Shown one piece after another: positions 26,500 to 35,304 of a stretch of 64,000 nucleotides of DNA. The stretch lies in IMG/VR virus record IMGVR_UViG_3300037067_008629, positions 22,078 through 86,077 of that record, one strand, 5' to 3'. Origin of the DNA: a virus. Its lineage: Duplodnaviria > Heunggongvirae > Uroviricota > Caudoviricetes. A program made the position numbers and the translations under genes. Under the pieces are notes generated by a model. That model saw only the letters and a list, made by a program, of their open reading frames with translations, did not search any database and was not told the DNA's origin. How positions within the stretch are numbered: position 1 is the first letter of the stretch; each line of letters opens with the position of its first letter.

Positions 26500-27561
26500 C
26501 CGACACTGCTTTTAGAATTAATCGACCACCGAGAATCGGACTAAAAGTTTCGGTCAAAGGGGTAATCACGACACCTTCACGACCTTTAAAAGCTGATCGC
26601 ATATGTACCTTATCACCAATAATAGTGTCTCCATCCACAAGTTGTTCTACCACTTCATAATCAAATGGCCCAGTATATAGTAGAGGAACTAATGGGATAC
26701 AAAAACGAGTAGTATAATAGACAATTTGATCCCAGTTTAAGTAAGTACCATCGACTGAAATATCAAATAATGCATAACCATCGGCACCAAATCTACCGTA
26801 GTCCATAAATTGGACCTTGGAACCATAAATTTCTCCGAATGCAATCACATTCTTTCCACCATCAGAGATACACCGAAGCATATCCTTCATATTGGATGTA
26901 AGTGGATTCCAATAAATAGACGGATGCTCCAGCTTATCAAGAGACTTCATTGAACATTTATGTGACCCACACATAAATTCATTGTCAATTAATCCAACAC
27001 GCGAATTAGTACCGTGAATTTTTTCGGTTAAACGCACTGGCGTTCCAAGTGGAATTGCATTCCGATACTTAGAATTTCGATAATTTTGAATATCTGTATA
27101 GATGTGAATCGGGGATCATTCTTGGCATTATCTCCAACTCTAAACCATTCTGGTTCTGGTGGTTCATATTTAACACCATGAAAACGATCCGTAAGATCAG
27201 TTCCAGCTTCCACATCTACTTTAATTGTGTCACAGATATCACGCCTCTGTGCAGGCACCAAGAACCCAAATGAAGCTGCCCCACGTAAACGAATAGCACC
27301 TACTCGACACCTAGATTTTTCAGAATCTCCCGGATAAACTGCATCTTTGAGATAATTCTCAACTCCGAGTTGTACAGCTACTTTAGGGGGTATGAGTATG
27401 TCTGGTGGGAAGTGGGCAACAACATCGCCCACTTGATACTTACCTTTTGTTTCACAAGTTTGATAGGCACCAATCTTAACAATTTCTAATTTATCTGCAT
27501 TAATGTGTGGATAAATGGCATCAACTTTAACAGCCAAAATACTCAAATCACTCATGCGCAT
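26462..27561 (-). CDS. Rnl2-like RNA ligase with N-terminal tRNA-binding-like OB domain, interrupted by a frameshift at the C4 run 27112-27115
   Basis: Downstream frame: DIQNYRNSKYRNAIPLGTPVRLTEKIHGTN aligns to the T4 Rnl2 N-terminus [33 protein letters not shown], with motif I KIHGTN. Motif III is AFGEIYGSKVQ and motif IV is EGVVITPL. Upstream frame 27028..27561: ILAVKVDAIYPHINADKLEIVKIG resembles the Myf/EMAP tRNA-binding OB domain. The two frames join if one C is added to the cccc run (minus strand) at 27112-27115. Confidence 0.6.
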
Positions 27562-29147
27562 CCTCCAATTAATTTATCAATAGCATTAACAAAATCTTCA
27601 ACTCGATCCCCACCAACAAGATGCTCGAAATCAATGGTGTTGGCTTTCTGTACCATTGCCTCTAAGCTAGTGTTGTCTAAAATCAACATTTTAGCCACTT
27701 CAGTATACTGCTGGTAACTAGTAGTAACTAATTCATCCATACCAGCCCTACGTAGCAAATAAGATGCCGCTCGATTAAACCATTGAGTACCTTCTAACGT
27801 AACTACTGGGCGACCACACCAGAGAGATTCCAGTATTGTATTATAGCCTCCAAAAGGATAGCTGTCAACTGAAAAATGACAATTTGCCAGAACTTCCATG
27901 TACTTCTCATATGGTAAGTTAGGCACTATCGTTATATTCTTTCCAAAATACTCTAGCATTGACATACGTACAGGTATTGATGCTTGATATCTATGGATTG
28001 GATGCCCTGGCATAAAAACTAAATGTGCCCCTACTGCTTGAAGTTCCTTTAAACATTGAAACATTGGTATATTATATTTGATTGCGCTCCAAGGCACTGC
28101 GACTCTAATTTGATCTGAAAGTGATGCTTTTACTTTAATTGTAGGCAAAACCGGTAATACACCGCTTCCTGGAAGTAGTATTAAGTTTTCAGAATAATTC
28201 TTTTTCCAATCTAATACTTCAACTGATTTTCCAGACAGAAAATAATCAATTTGATTACCCCTACCGGATACAGGATGACCATGGCAAGCAACCTGCACCG
28301 GTGCTAGCCTCATATTGGATAGATAAATAGACTCTGCTGTTAATCCAATATCTAAAAATAAAGCCATACCAAAAGTTGTAGTTTGAATCTCTGATAAATC
28401 TAATCCCCGATCACTTACAGATACTTGTGCAACATTTTTAAAAATAGATAAATCCGCTGTCGCATCAATTGGGCCTAAATGAACCAGTGTGAGTTTATAT
28501 TTTTCAGCTAAAGCATAGACAAGTTTTCCTATTGACTTCGCTACAACATGAGTTGGTTTCCAATTACTGGTGACAATAGCAATATGTTTAAGATTGGGCA
28601 CATTATCTGGTGTTGGTAATGTAAAACTCTTATTAAATTGTCTCTTTACTTTTTGGGCGGTATTTGATGAAAAATAATCCGACCAAAAATAAGCCTGCGT
28701 ACTTTGAGGGAGAAATACACAACGTGGATGAATATTTTTATAATGAGATTCAATATTTTTCTGAAGATTAGTATCTGTACAACCAATAATTGGCAAAATA
28801 TATTGAGCAAACCATAAAGATGCTAAATTTCTATCATGTTTAAAAAATTGTCGTGAATCCATGCTGTCTCTATTTCGTCCTGTATAGAGAAACATTTGTT
28901 TCACTGGATCATCAAATAAATTGAGCCACTGATCCGTTGTTTTATATGGAGTGACTGCAACTATATTTGCATAAATATGACTATAAGTTAGTAGCTGATA
29001 AGCCTCATCTTTGGGTACATCCTGGTCTTTAAGAATCTCTAAAACACCATCGGCTGCTTGAATAAACATCCCAAGAATCTGGCCATCAAGTTTATTGATA
29101 CCAACACGAGCAAATGGATCAAGTATAGCCTGTATCTGTTCAATCAT
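27552..29147 (-). CDS. GT41-family (O-GlcNAc transferase-like) glycosyltransferase, paralog A
   Basis: DSYPFGGYNTILESLWCGRPVVTLEGTQWFNRAASYLLRRAG matches the OGT C-terminal catalytic signature ([38 protein letters not shown]). MRLAPVQVACHGHPVSGRGNQIDYFLSG parallels [27 protein letters not shown]. No TPR region is obvious. Confidence 0.6.
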   Translation of the reverse strand: MIEQIQAILDPFARVGINKLDGQILGMFIQAADGVLEILKDQDVPKDEAYQLLTYSHIYANIVAVTPYKTTDQWLNLFDDPVKQMFLYTGRNRDSMDSRQFFKHDRNLASLWFAQYILPIIGCTDTNLQKNIESHYKNIHPRCVFLPQSTQAYFWSDYFSSNTAQKVKRQFNKSFTLPTPDNVPNLKHIAIVTSNWKPTHVVAKSIGKLVYALAEKYKLTLVHLGPIDATADLSIFKNVAQVSVSDRGLDLSEIQTTTFGMALFLDIGLTAESIYLSNMRLAPVQVACHGHPVSGRGNQIDYFLSGKSVEVLDWKKNYSENLILLPGSGVLPVLPTIKVKASLSDQIRVAVPWSAIKYNIPMFQCLKELQAVGAHLVFMPGHPIHRYQASIPVRMSMLEYFGKNITIVPNLPYEKYMEVLANCHFSVDSYPFGGYNTILESLWCGRPVVTLEGTQWFNRAASYLLRRAGMDELVTTSYQQYTEVAKMLILDNTSLEAMVQKANTIDFEHLVGGDRVEDFVNAIDKLIGGCA

Positions 29148-30901
29148 TGAATAATAACTGGAGTCTTATTAGGTAGTGGATGATTTGCGATAATATAGTC
29201 GATTGCTTTAACAAAATATTGAGGTTCATCAGTATCCAACAATAAGTTCTTTAAACGATTAACATCAACTAATTTATCTCTTTCTTCTTTAAGAACTTGT
29301 GGATTATCCAAGAGTGCTAAAATTTGTTCTTCGCACATTTCAATACTTGTGGTGGATAAATCTACTCCAACCCGTCTCGCCAAAGCTGTTGACGCCCTAT
29401 TATAGAACTTATCACCTTCAATAGTCACAACAGGGCATCCAGCAAAGAACGAGTCTACAATAGTATTATAGCCACCAAATGGATATGAATCAACAGTCAG
29501 ACTTCCTTGTTCCACCTTAGCGAGATAATCCTGATATTCAAGATTAGGATAAATCGAAACCTGGCCACCAAAGAGTTCTTGTAGTTCTCGACACATAATT
29601 GGAAAATTATTATAGCGAGTACATGTCCATGATGGGAAAAATTGATAGTGTATCTTTAATTTAGATTTTTGTTGAACATTTCTTAGCATCTTCAACATCG
29701 GCCAATTAATTTTAGCTGTTGTCCAGCAACAGTTAATATAAATTATATCTGTAGCCTCTGGATAACGACGTGTATATTTAGGATCAACTGGATGCGCACC
29801 CAATCCTGGAATCAAAATTAGATGCTCACTATAATTATCTTGAGCTAATTCAATTTTTTCAGAGTCAATCCCACCAATAAAATAGTCTACAAATGAACCA
29901 TATGTGCTTACAGGATGTCCATAACCACAAACCATAATAGGAGCAAGTCTTGTATTTGCAAGAAAAACAGATTCGTCTGTCATTCCAATATCAGGAAAGT
30001 ATGCCAATTCAAAATCATTTTTCTTAATAGCAGTTAAATCATGTTTCTCCATTCCAGCATGAACCTGAACAACTTGTTTAAATAGAGACCTATCTATTCT
30101 ATCCATTTGTGCTTTACTTGAACAGACTAGAGTTAAGTCATACTTTTGTGCCAGAGCTGCGATCTGAGGATAACTACTTTTATAAACTGCCGTAACTGGA
30201 ACCCATTTATCTGTGATGATAGCTAGGCTTCCTTTTCGAGGCACACTAGTTATTTTATGCAAGTTAGAAAATTTCTTAACTTGTTGATTGCACCATTCTT
30301 TAATGGGTCGCTCATTAATACCTGAATATGAACATTGAAAATACATAGGTTGAACACGACTATCAGGTAAATCAAGTTCTGGTAAAAATTCAACTAGGTG
30401 TTTAATCATATTTTTAGTTAAAAATTCAGACGTGCCTCCAGGAGGGGCAGTAGAAAAATTATTCCACCATAAAGTTGCTAGTTTAGGATTGGGCGTAACT
30501 AGTGCTTTAGTATTAATTCCAATATCATTTCTACACGTATACAGAAATAATAATTTTGCATAATTTCCTTCTTGGTATATTAATGCTCTTAGTACACCAT
30601 CAGTAGTGCGATGGCCAGATATTGCCACTAGATTGGCAAATAAATGATTAATACCGATAAACAATGGAATCCAGTTGTCTGGGAATCTGAAATCTTCTTG
30701 CAGCATTAAAAAGAAAACAAACTCCACAAAAGAATCTATTCGCTTTATATCTTCTTTTCCAAAAGAAGCATAATTAACATCATTGCAATGCTTTAGTATT
30801 GCAAATATATCTTGACAAAGCTTATCGTATCTCTTCTGTGTATATAGTGTCAAAGCATACCGAGTATCAAAAGCCGGAAAATTAGTAATTGATGTATTCA
30901 C
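29144..30901 (-). CDS. GT41-family (O-GlcNAc transferase-like) glycosyltransferase, paralog B
   Basis: DSYPFGGYNTIVDSFFAGCPVVTIEGDKFYNRASTALARRVG and RLAPIMVCGYGHPVSTYGSFVDYFIGG carry the same OGT catalytic-domain signatures and are clearly paralogous to 27552..29147. Confidence 0.6.
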   Translation of the reverse strand: MNTSITNFPAFDTRYALTLYTQKRYDKLCQDIFAILKHCNDVNYASFGKEDIKRIDSFVEFVFFLMLQEDFRFPDNWIPLFIGINHLFANLVAISGHRTTDGVLRALIYQEGNYAKLLFLYTCRNDIGINTKALVTPNPKLATLWWNNFSTAPPGGTSEFLTKNMIKHLVEFLPELDLPDSRVQPMYFQCSYSGINERPIKEWCNQQVKKFSNLHKITSVPRKGSLAIITDKWVPVTAVYKSSYPQIAALAQKYDLTLVCSSKAQMDRIDRSLFKQVVQVHAGMEKHDLTAIKKNDFELAYFPDIGMTDESVFLANTRLAPIMVCGYGHPVSTYGSFVDYFIGGIDSEKIELAQDNYSEHLILIPGLGAHPVDPKYTRRYPEATDIIYINCCWTTAKINWPMLKMLRNVQQKSKLKIHYQFFPSWTCTRYNNFPIMCRELQELFGGQVSIYPNLEYQDYLAKVEQGSLTVDSYPFGGYNTIVDSFFAGCPVVTIEGDKFYNRASTALARRVGVDLSTTSIEMCEEQILALLDNPQVLKEERDKLVDVNRLKNLLLDTDEPQYFVKAIDYIIANHPLPNKTPVIIQ

Positions 30902-32060
30902 AAAGTATCCCTTCCTGTAAAATTAGAAGTTTTCGGTATTTGATTCCACGATATTCAATATCTAGTTTAATATCTTTAGCCCGCCACGGTGTTGTAATAA
31001 CAATAATTGGATCAATAAGAGTATTTAGTATATCCGGTGACTGAATTTCTTGACCTGTTCCAGGAACAAACTTACCAACTTTATGTACATCTGAATCAAC
31101 CACCAACGGATAATTAACACTATCAATCCCATAACTGTTTAAAAAGGCCGCACTTTTACCAGTCCCACCCCAAAAAACTAGCGTCTTACCCTGCTGCCTT
31201 ATTTCTTCTAATTGTCTTCTAACCGTACTAATAGAATCTTTAGCACCGATACCAAAGGCTTTAGCTGTGTCATTATAAAACTGTAATGGCACACTATTAG
31301 GTGTGAAAAAACCAGCAAGTACTTCGTTACCGTAGTATCTATTTATATCAAGGGTTGAGTATCCAGACTGAGTAAAGAGTGTCTGAAAACTGTTTGAAGT
31401 AAAATTAGATACATGCTCGTATAAAAAGTCAGAAATTCGGCCCAACGCTAATGAGTTATCAAAGCACGGAACTTCGACCAAAACAATTGGTGATAAATTA
31501 TATCTACTACACCAGTAGGCTATTTCAGATAAAAATTCTCTCGGCCTATCCATATGTTCAATAACATGTCGGCATACAAGTAAAGATGGTCTAAATCGAG
31601 CTAAATCACGCTCTGGAATAAAATAATCTCTAAAGACCGAAAAATTTTTAACTTGGTCGCCTTCGATTCCTGGCTCATAACCAATACAAGAAGCAGTGGG
31701 TACAGTACCGAGCAGACGGGTGAAAAATTGTCCATCACCACATCCGATATCAATTGCTATGCCATTTATCCAACGTTCCTTGTATGTATGGAGTTTATTG
31801 ACTAATATTTGCATATGAGTCTGCCACTCTGGTCCGCTATTATACATCAAATTAGAATCTTCAGCATAGGGGACTTGTGCATAATTAAAATTTGCATTAA
31901 AAACATGTCCACAGAATGAGCACATGTGAAAATTCATAGGAAACCTGAGCGCATTCTGTGCCATAGCGGCCGATCTTGGTAAATTTAGAGCGGCCAATGG
32001 TTGAGGGCCTGGATCAAAGATTTTCTGGGTTAATCTGCTACCACATACTATACATCTCAT
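30882..32060 (-). CDS. SAM-dependent sugar C-methyltransferase-like (zinc-ribbon + class I MTase + C-terminal domain)
   Basis: The N-terminal CIVCGSRLTQKIFDPGPQPLAALNL matches the zinc-binding N-domain of sugar C3-methyltransferases (TylCIII/NovU type). Motif I is IAIDIGCGDGQF. The ~390-aa size fits that family. Confidence 0.55.
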   Translation of the reverse strand: MRCIVCGSRLTQKIFDPGPQPLAALNLPRSAAMAQNALRFPMNFHMCSFCGHVFNANFNYAQVPYAEDSNLMYNSGPEWQTHMQILVNKLHTYKERWINGIAIDIGCGDGQFFTRLLGTVPTASCIGYEPGIEGDQVKNFSVFRDYFIPERDLARFRPSLLVCRHVIEHMDRPREFLSEIAYWCSRYNLSPIVLVEVPCFDNSLALGRISDFLYEHVSNFTSNSFQTLFTQSGYSTLDINRYYGNEVLAGFFTPNSVPLQFYNDTAKAFGIGAKDSISTVRRQLEEIRQQGKTLVFWGGTGKSAAFLNSYGIDSVNYPLVVDSDVHKVGKFVPGTGQEIQSPDILNTLIDPIIVITTPWRAKDIKLDIEYRGIKYRKLLILQEGILCEYINY

Positions 32061-32626
32061 GCTCTATCTACCTTATAAGGACATTCTTGACAAGTCTCTT
32101 CACGTAGTATTAAAACTTTGTTTCCATTTCTTGTGCAGTTTAAAAAATAACGTTCACAGCCACAAGATTGGGCTGGTTTCTTTTCAAATTCAATATGGAT
32201 ACAAAAGGGTTTTTCTGGTATCAAAATCCAAGCATCACTACTCTGGGGATTATTTGATTTTCGCTTGTATCCAACTGGTACTGGTGGCGGTTCCCAATCT
32301 GTCTCTGCTTTAGTATAAACAATAGTCCCATCTTTTAAAAGCTGGGGTTTTCGGACTGGGATAGGTTGAGGTACTGTCTTAACTTCAGTTACTGGTAGTA
32401 TTTGTAAATTTTGGTCTAATTCCTGGCAAGCTAAACATATTTCGCTTGTGACAATTTTTTGTTTGTATAATTCTGGGTGCTTAATTAATTCAGAGGGAGG
32501 TAATAATTGCAACTGCGCTAATAATGGTTTACAGTATAGTATTTCAGGACTATTAGCCCTGGCCCTATAAATTATTCGCCTGCTACAGATTGGCAAATTA
32601 GCAATAATCTTCGTGTCGGTTGTCAT
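32057..32626 (-). CDS. Cys-rich domain protein (paralogous to 43024..43341)
   Basis: EPPPVPVGYKRKSNNPQSSDAWILIPEKPFC...SCGCERYF against EPPPLVEGYQRKSNNPKNSDAWVLIPIWTTCC...GCRCVTFY in the other copy. Confidence 0.45.
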   Translation of the reverse strand: MTTDTKIIANLPICSRRIIYRARANSPEILYCKPLLAQLQLLPPSELIKHPELYKQKIVTSEICLACQELDQNLQILPVTEVKTVPQPIPVRKPQLLKDGTIVYTKAETDWEPPPVPVGYKRKSNNPQSSDAWILIPEKPFCIHIEFEKKPAQSCGCERYFLNCTRNGNKVLILREETCQECPYKVDRA

Positions 32627-34205
32627 ATTTAGGATGATTTTCAGGACTAAACCAGTTTTGATGCTCGTCGTAAAATTCAGTTTGTTGAGTCGTATAATCC
32701 TTACCTATCCGAGTCTGAACGGCTTTGTAAGATAAAGTATACTCTAAGTATGTTGAAGGTACATACAAAGTATCAACTACACCACTGTAAATAAATGCAC
32801 ACCATGCATGCTCATAGCATCCTCTCAGGCCACCACAAACTTCGTCTTCTAAATCTCCCCCAGTCCAGTACCAAGTTAAAGTTTCAGGAGCACCCCAGGA
32901 ACATGGTTCGGTACAAGTTGGTGGTGCTGCGTCACAACGATGAATTGATGTACGATCAAAAGTTCTAACAGTTTGGTCTATTAATAAATCATCTGCTTGA
33001 TCGTAGGATAAAAATGGAGTACCATTAGGACTTAAACTAATCGTCAATCTGGTTGTTCTGTCAAAAGCAGAGTCATATTTATCAATATAAATTGAAGGCC
33101 GTAGTCCACAACCTTGATGATTAGTATATTTAAGACATCCTTTACTATTATAAGTACAGTCTGTCATATATGATGGCAGCGCTGCTTCACATAGACAGTC
33201 GTCAGTATTAGCATAAGCCCTAGATAACTCTGCTATTGTACTATCAGACTTAGGGTTGAACCATTTCCACCAATTAAATTGCAGACCATAAATAAGGGGC
33301 AATGCCCATTGCATTCCTTGCCACTCAGCAGGTAAACGAGTTTGAAGTAAGACACAAGCGGCCATGTTTTCGGCTGCATCATTATCGCAGGCTGTTCTAG
33401 CTGGTTCTATTTTATTAAATTCAGTAAGATACTCATCATGCTTAGTATCAATGATATTTTGTTGGTCTTGAGCCTGGCTTCCCAAGTCACAAATCTGGAT
33501 TCTCAAAGCTTCGCATTGTGGAATATCTTCTTCTGCTGGTGCAGTGTCACAATCTAAACTAAGGTACTCAGCGATAGCAGCATCAAGTTGTGGTAAAATA
33601 TCTTCATCTAAAGTTGCTTGTTCCTTAGCCAACTGACAAGCTTTTTGTTGTGTAGCATTAACAGCTTGAATAAATTCGTATTGTTTTTGACGGGCTGTTG
33701 TATACGTATCGCAGATTTTATTCCAACTAGTAACATTTGTTCCCTCCAGTGGCGGATACCAAACTCCTGTATAAGTATCAGTAAACCAATCCATTCCAAT
33801 ACAATAGTAACACACGCCACCAGATACTATACCACAATGCTCTTCTGTACAACATGCGTCTATAGTGGTCCAGCCAACTCGTTCTGTCGCCACATCCACT
33901 TCGACTGGTGTACACTCTTCACAATCACACCACATGTCCGAAATTTGTTCTTCAATTTCGTCGATAATTTCATAGTGCCAAATTTCAAGGTCTTCTGTAA
34001 ATGAAATATCAGGACAAGACTCAATCATCTTATTACGAACCTCAGTAACATCATCCTGAGCCCAAAGATGAGGGTCTTCTACTTCTTCTAATGGATCAAT
34101 GGGCGTACATCCTTCGGGAGGATTAGCCAATTTGTCATTGATATCCTGTATCAATTTATTCCATTGGTCAATACTAAATGGCCCTGAATCATAGTAGCTG
34201 CTCAT
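32598..34205 (-). CDS. large Cys-rich hypothetical protein
   Basis: 535 aa, more than 35 Cys and acidic. I recognise no enzymatic motif. Confidence 0.45.
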   Translation of the reverse strand: MSSYYDSGPFSIDQWNKLIQDINDKLANPPEGCTPIDPLEEVEDPHLWAQDDVTEVRNKMIESCPDISFTEDLEIWHYEIIDEIEEQISDMWCDCEECTPVEVDVATERVGWTTIDACCTEEHCGIVSGGVCYYCIGMDWFTDTYTGVWYPPLEGTNVTSWNKICDTYTTARQKQYEFIQAVNATQQKACQLAKEQATLDEDILPQLDAAIAEYLSLDCDTAPAEEDIPQCEALRIQICDLGSQAQDQQNIIDTKHDEYLTEFNKIEPARTACDNDAAENMAACVLLQTRLPAEWQGMQWALPLIYGLQFNWWKWFNPKSDSTIAELSRAYANTDDCLCEAALPSYMTDCTYNSKGCLKYTNHQGCGLRPSIYIDKYDSAFDRTTRLTISLSPNGTPFLSYDQADDLLIDQTVRTFDRTSIHRCDAAPPTCTEPCSWGAPETLTWYWTGGDLEDEVCGGLRGCYEHAWCAFIYSGVVDTLYVPSTYLEYTLSYKAVQTRIGKDYTTQQTEFYDEHQNWFSPENHPKYDNRHEDYC

Positions 34206-34735
34206 ATTAGTCTCTCCATAACTTCATCAAGACTAATAGGACGCCATTCTCCGATAAGATTGAAAATATTATCCACACTCACATCAATTGATCTTCGATT
34301 AGGAAACCATTGATTAAGTTGATTTTCCATAGACCCATGGCAATGCCCATATAGATGTATTCCGCCGTGATGTAGAGCGTCCCAAGATATCATAGGATAA
34401 TGCAGCATATGAATCTTCTGTCCATTGAACTTCTTACATAGCATATCCTGGAAAGTTGAACAATGCTGTCGAAGACTACTACTATCGTGGTTTCCACGCA
34501 CTATATGAAGCTGTTTAACTTTTAGCCTTTGTCGGTAATGACCAGCTTTACTTGCTGACCAACAAAAGTCTCCAAGATGATAAAGTATATCATCTGGCCG
34601 AACAACTTGATTAATATTATCAATTAACTGTGCGTCCATTTCTTCAAGATACTCAAATGCATTTAAGCGCGCAGATTGATGCAGCAAAATGCCCGTATGT
34701 CCGAAGTGCGTATCTGAAGTGAACCAAACTGTCAT
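34202..34735 (-). CDS. metallophosphoesterase (YfcE/MPP-like)
   Basis: VWFTSDTHFGH (DxH), LGDFCW (GD) and VRGNHD (GNHD). Length is 177 aa. Confidence 0.6.
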   Translation of the reverse strand: MTVWFTSDTHFGHTGILLHQSARLNAFEYLEEMDAQLIDNINQVVRPDDILYHLGDFCWSASKAGHYRQRLKVKQLHIVRGNHDSSSLRQHCSTFQDMLCKKFNGQKIHMLHYPMISWDALHHGGIHLYGHCHGSMENQLNQWFPNRRSIDVSVDNIFNLIGEWRPISLDEVMERLI

Positions 34736-35304
34736 TTATCTGAATCCCAAATAACTTTTACATTTTCTGATTTGTAGATATCTTCTGGTAGGATATAATC
34801 TCCAAAACTAAAATACCATTTTAGTTTTCTCTCAATATCACAAGCAAGTATCAATTCAGAACAATATAAGGTAAGCTGATCGGGCTGAAATTGAAAATCG
34901 TAAGAGGTCCCAACCAATGACTTACACTTTTTAATTACTCTTTTTATATACTCTTTATCCCAATCATAACATTCTAATAAAACTACTCGATCTGATGTAT
35001 GGCATATATCAAAAAATGTACTTTTTGTATACCCTAGATGAGTCATTTCTCCTACTTCATAAATAGTTCCTTTTCCCACACACAGAGAGGCATGATCCAA
35101 ATCTCCAGGTGTCAAAAAAGATGAAATTCGTGACTCATCTGTAGACAAAATAATTTGCCCTGGTTTTAATAACTTGTATCCTTCTCGATACTTTTTTCCA
35201 GTTAAACGAGTATGATTACAAGAAATCCGAACCCAGGATAGAATATCTCGTACTATCCAAAGATAGATTCTTGTTGTCATACACCATTTTAATAGAGTTC
35301 GCAT
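34732..35304 (-). CDS. permuted papain-fold peptidase, YiiX/DUF830-like
   Basis: GDLDHASLCVGKGTIYEVGE (His-first) and a C-terminal YCSELILA nucleophile Cys, which is the permuted NlpC/P60 layout. Confidence 0.4.
   Translation of the reverse strand: MRTLLKWCMTTRIYLWIVRDILSWVRISCNHTRLTGKKYREGYKLLKPGQIILSTDESRISSFLTPGDLDHASLCVGKGTIYEVGEMTHLGYTKSTFFDICHTSDRVVLLECYDWDKEYIKRVIKKCKSLVGTSYDFQFQPDQLTLYCSELILACDIERKLKWYFSFGDYILPEDIYKSENVKVIWDSDK

Noticed and set aside
26462-27037. Treating 26462..27037 as a complete stand-alone RNA ligase starting at the track Met
   Set aside because: The track start is a GTG, and the same frame stays open 26 codons further upstream, encoding sequence homologous to the Rnl2 N-terminus. 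The gene is therefore better explained as frameshifted than as starting there.
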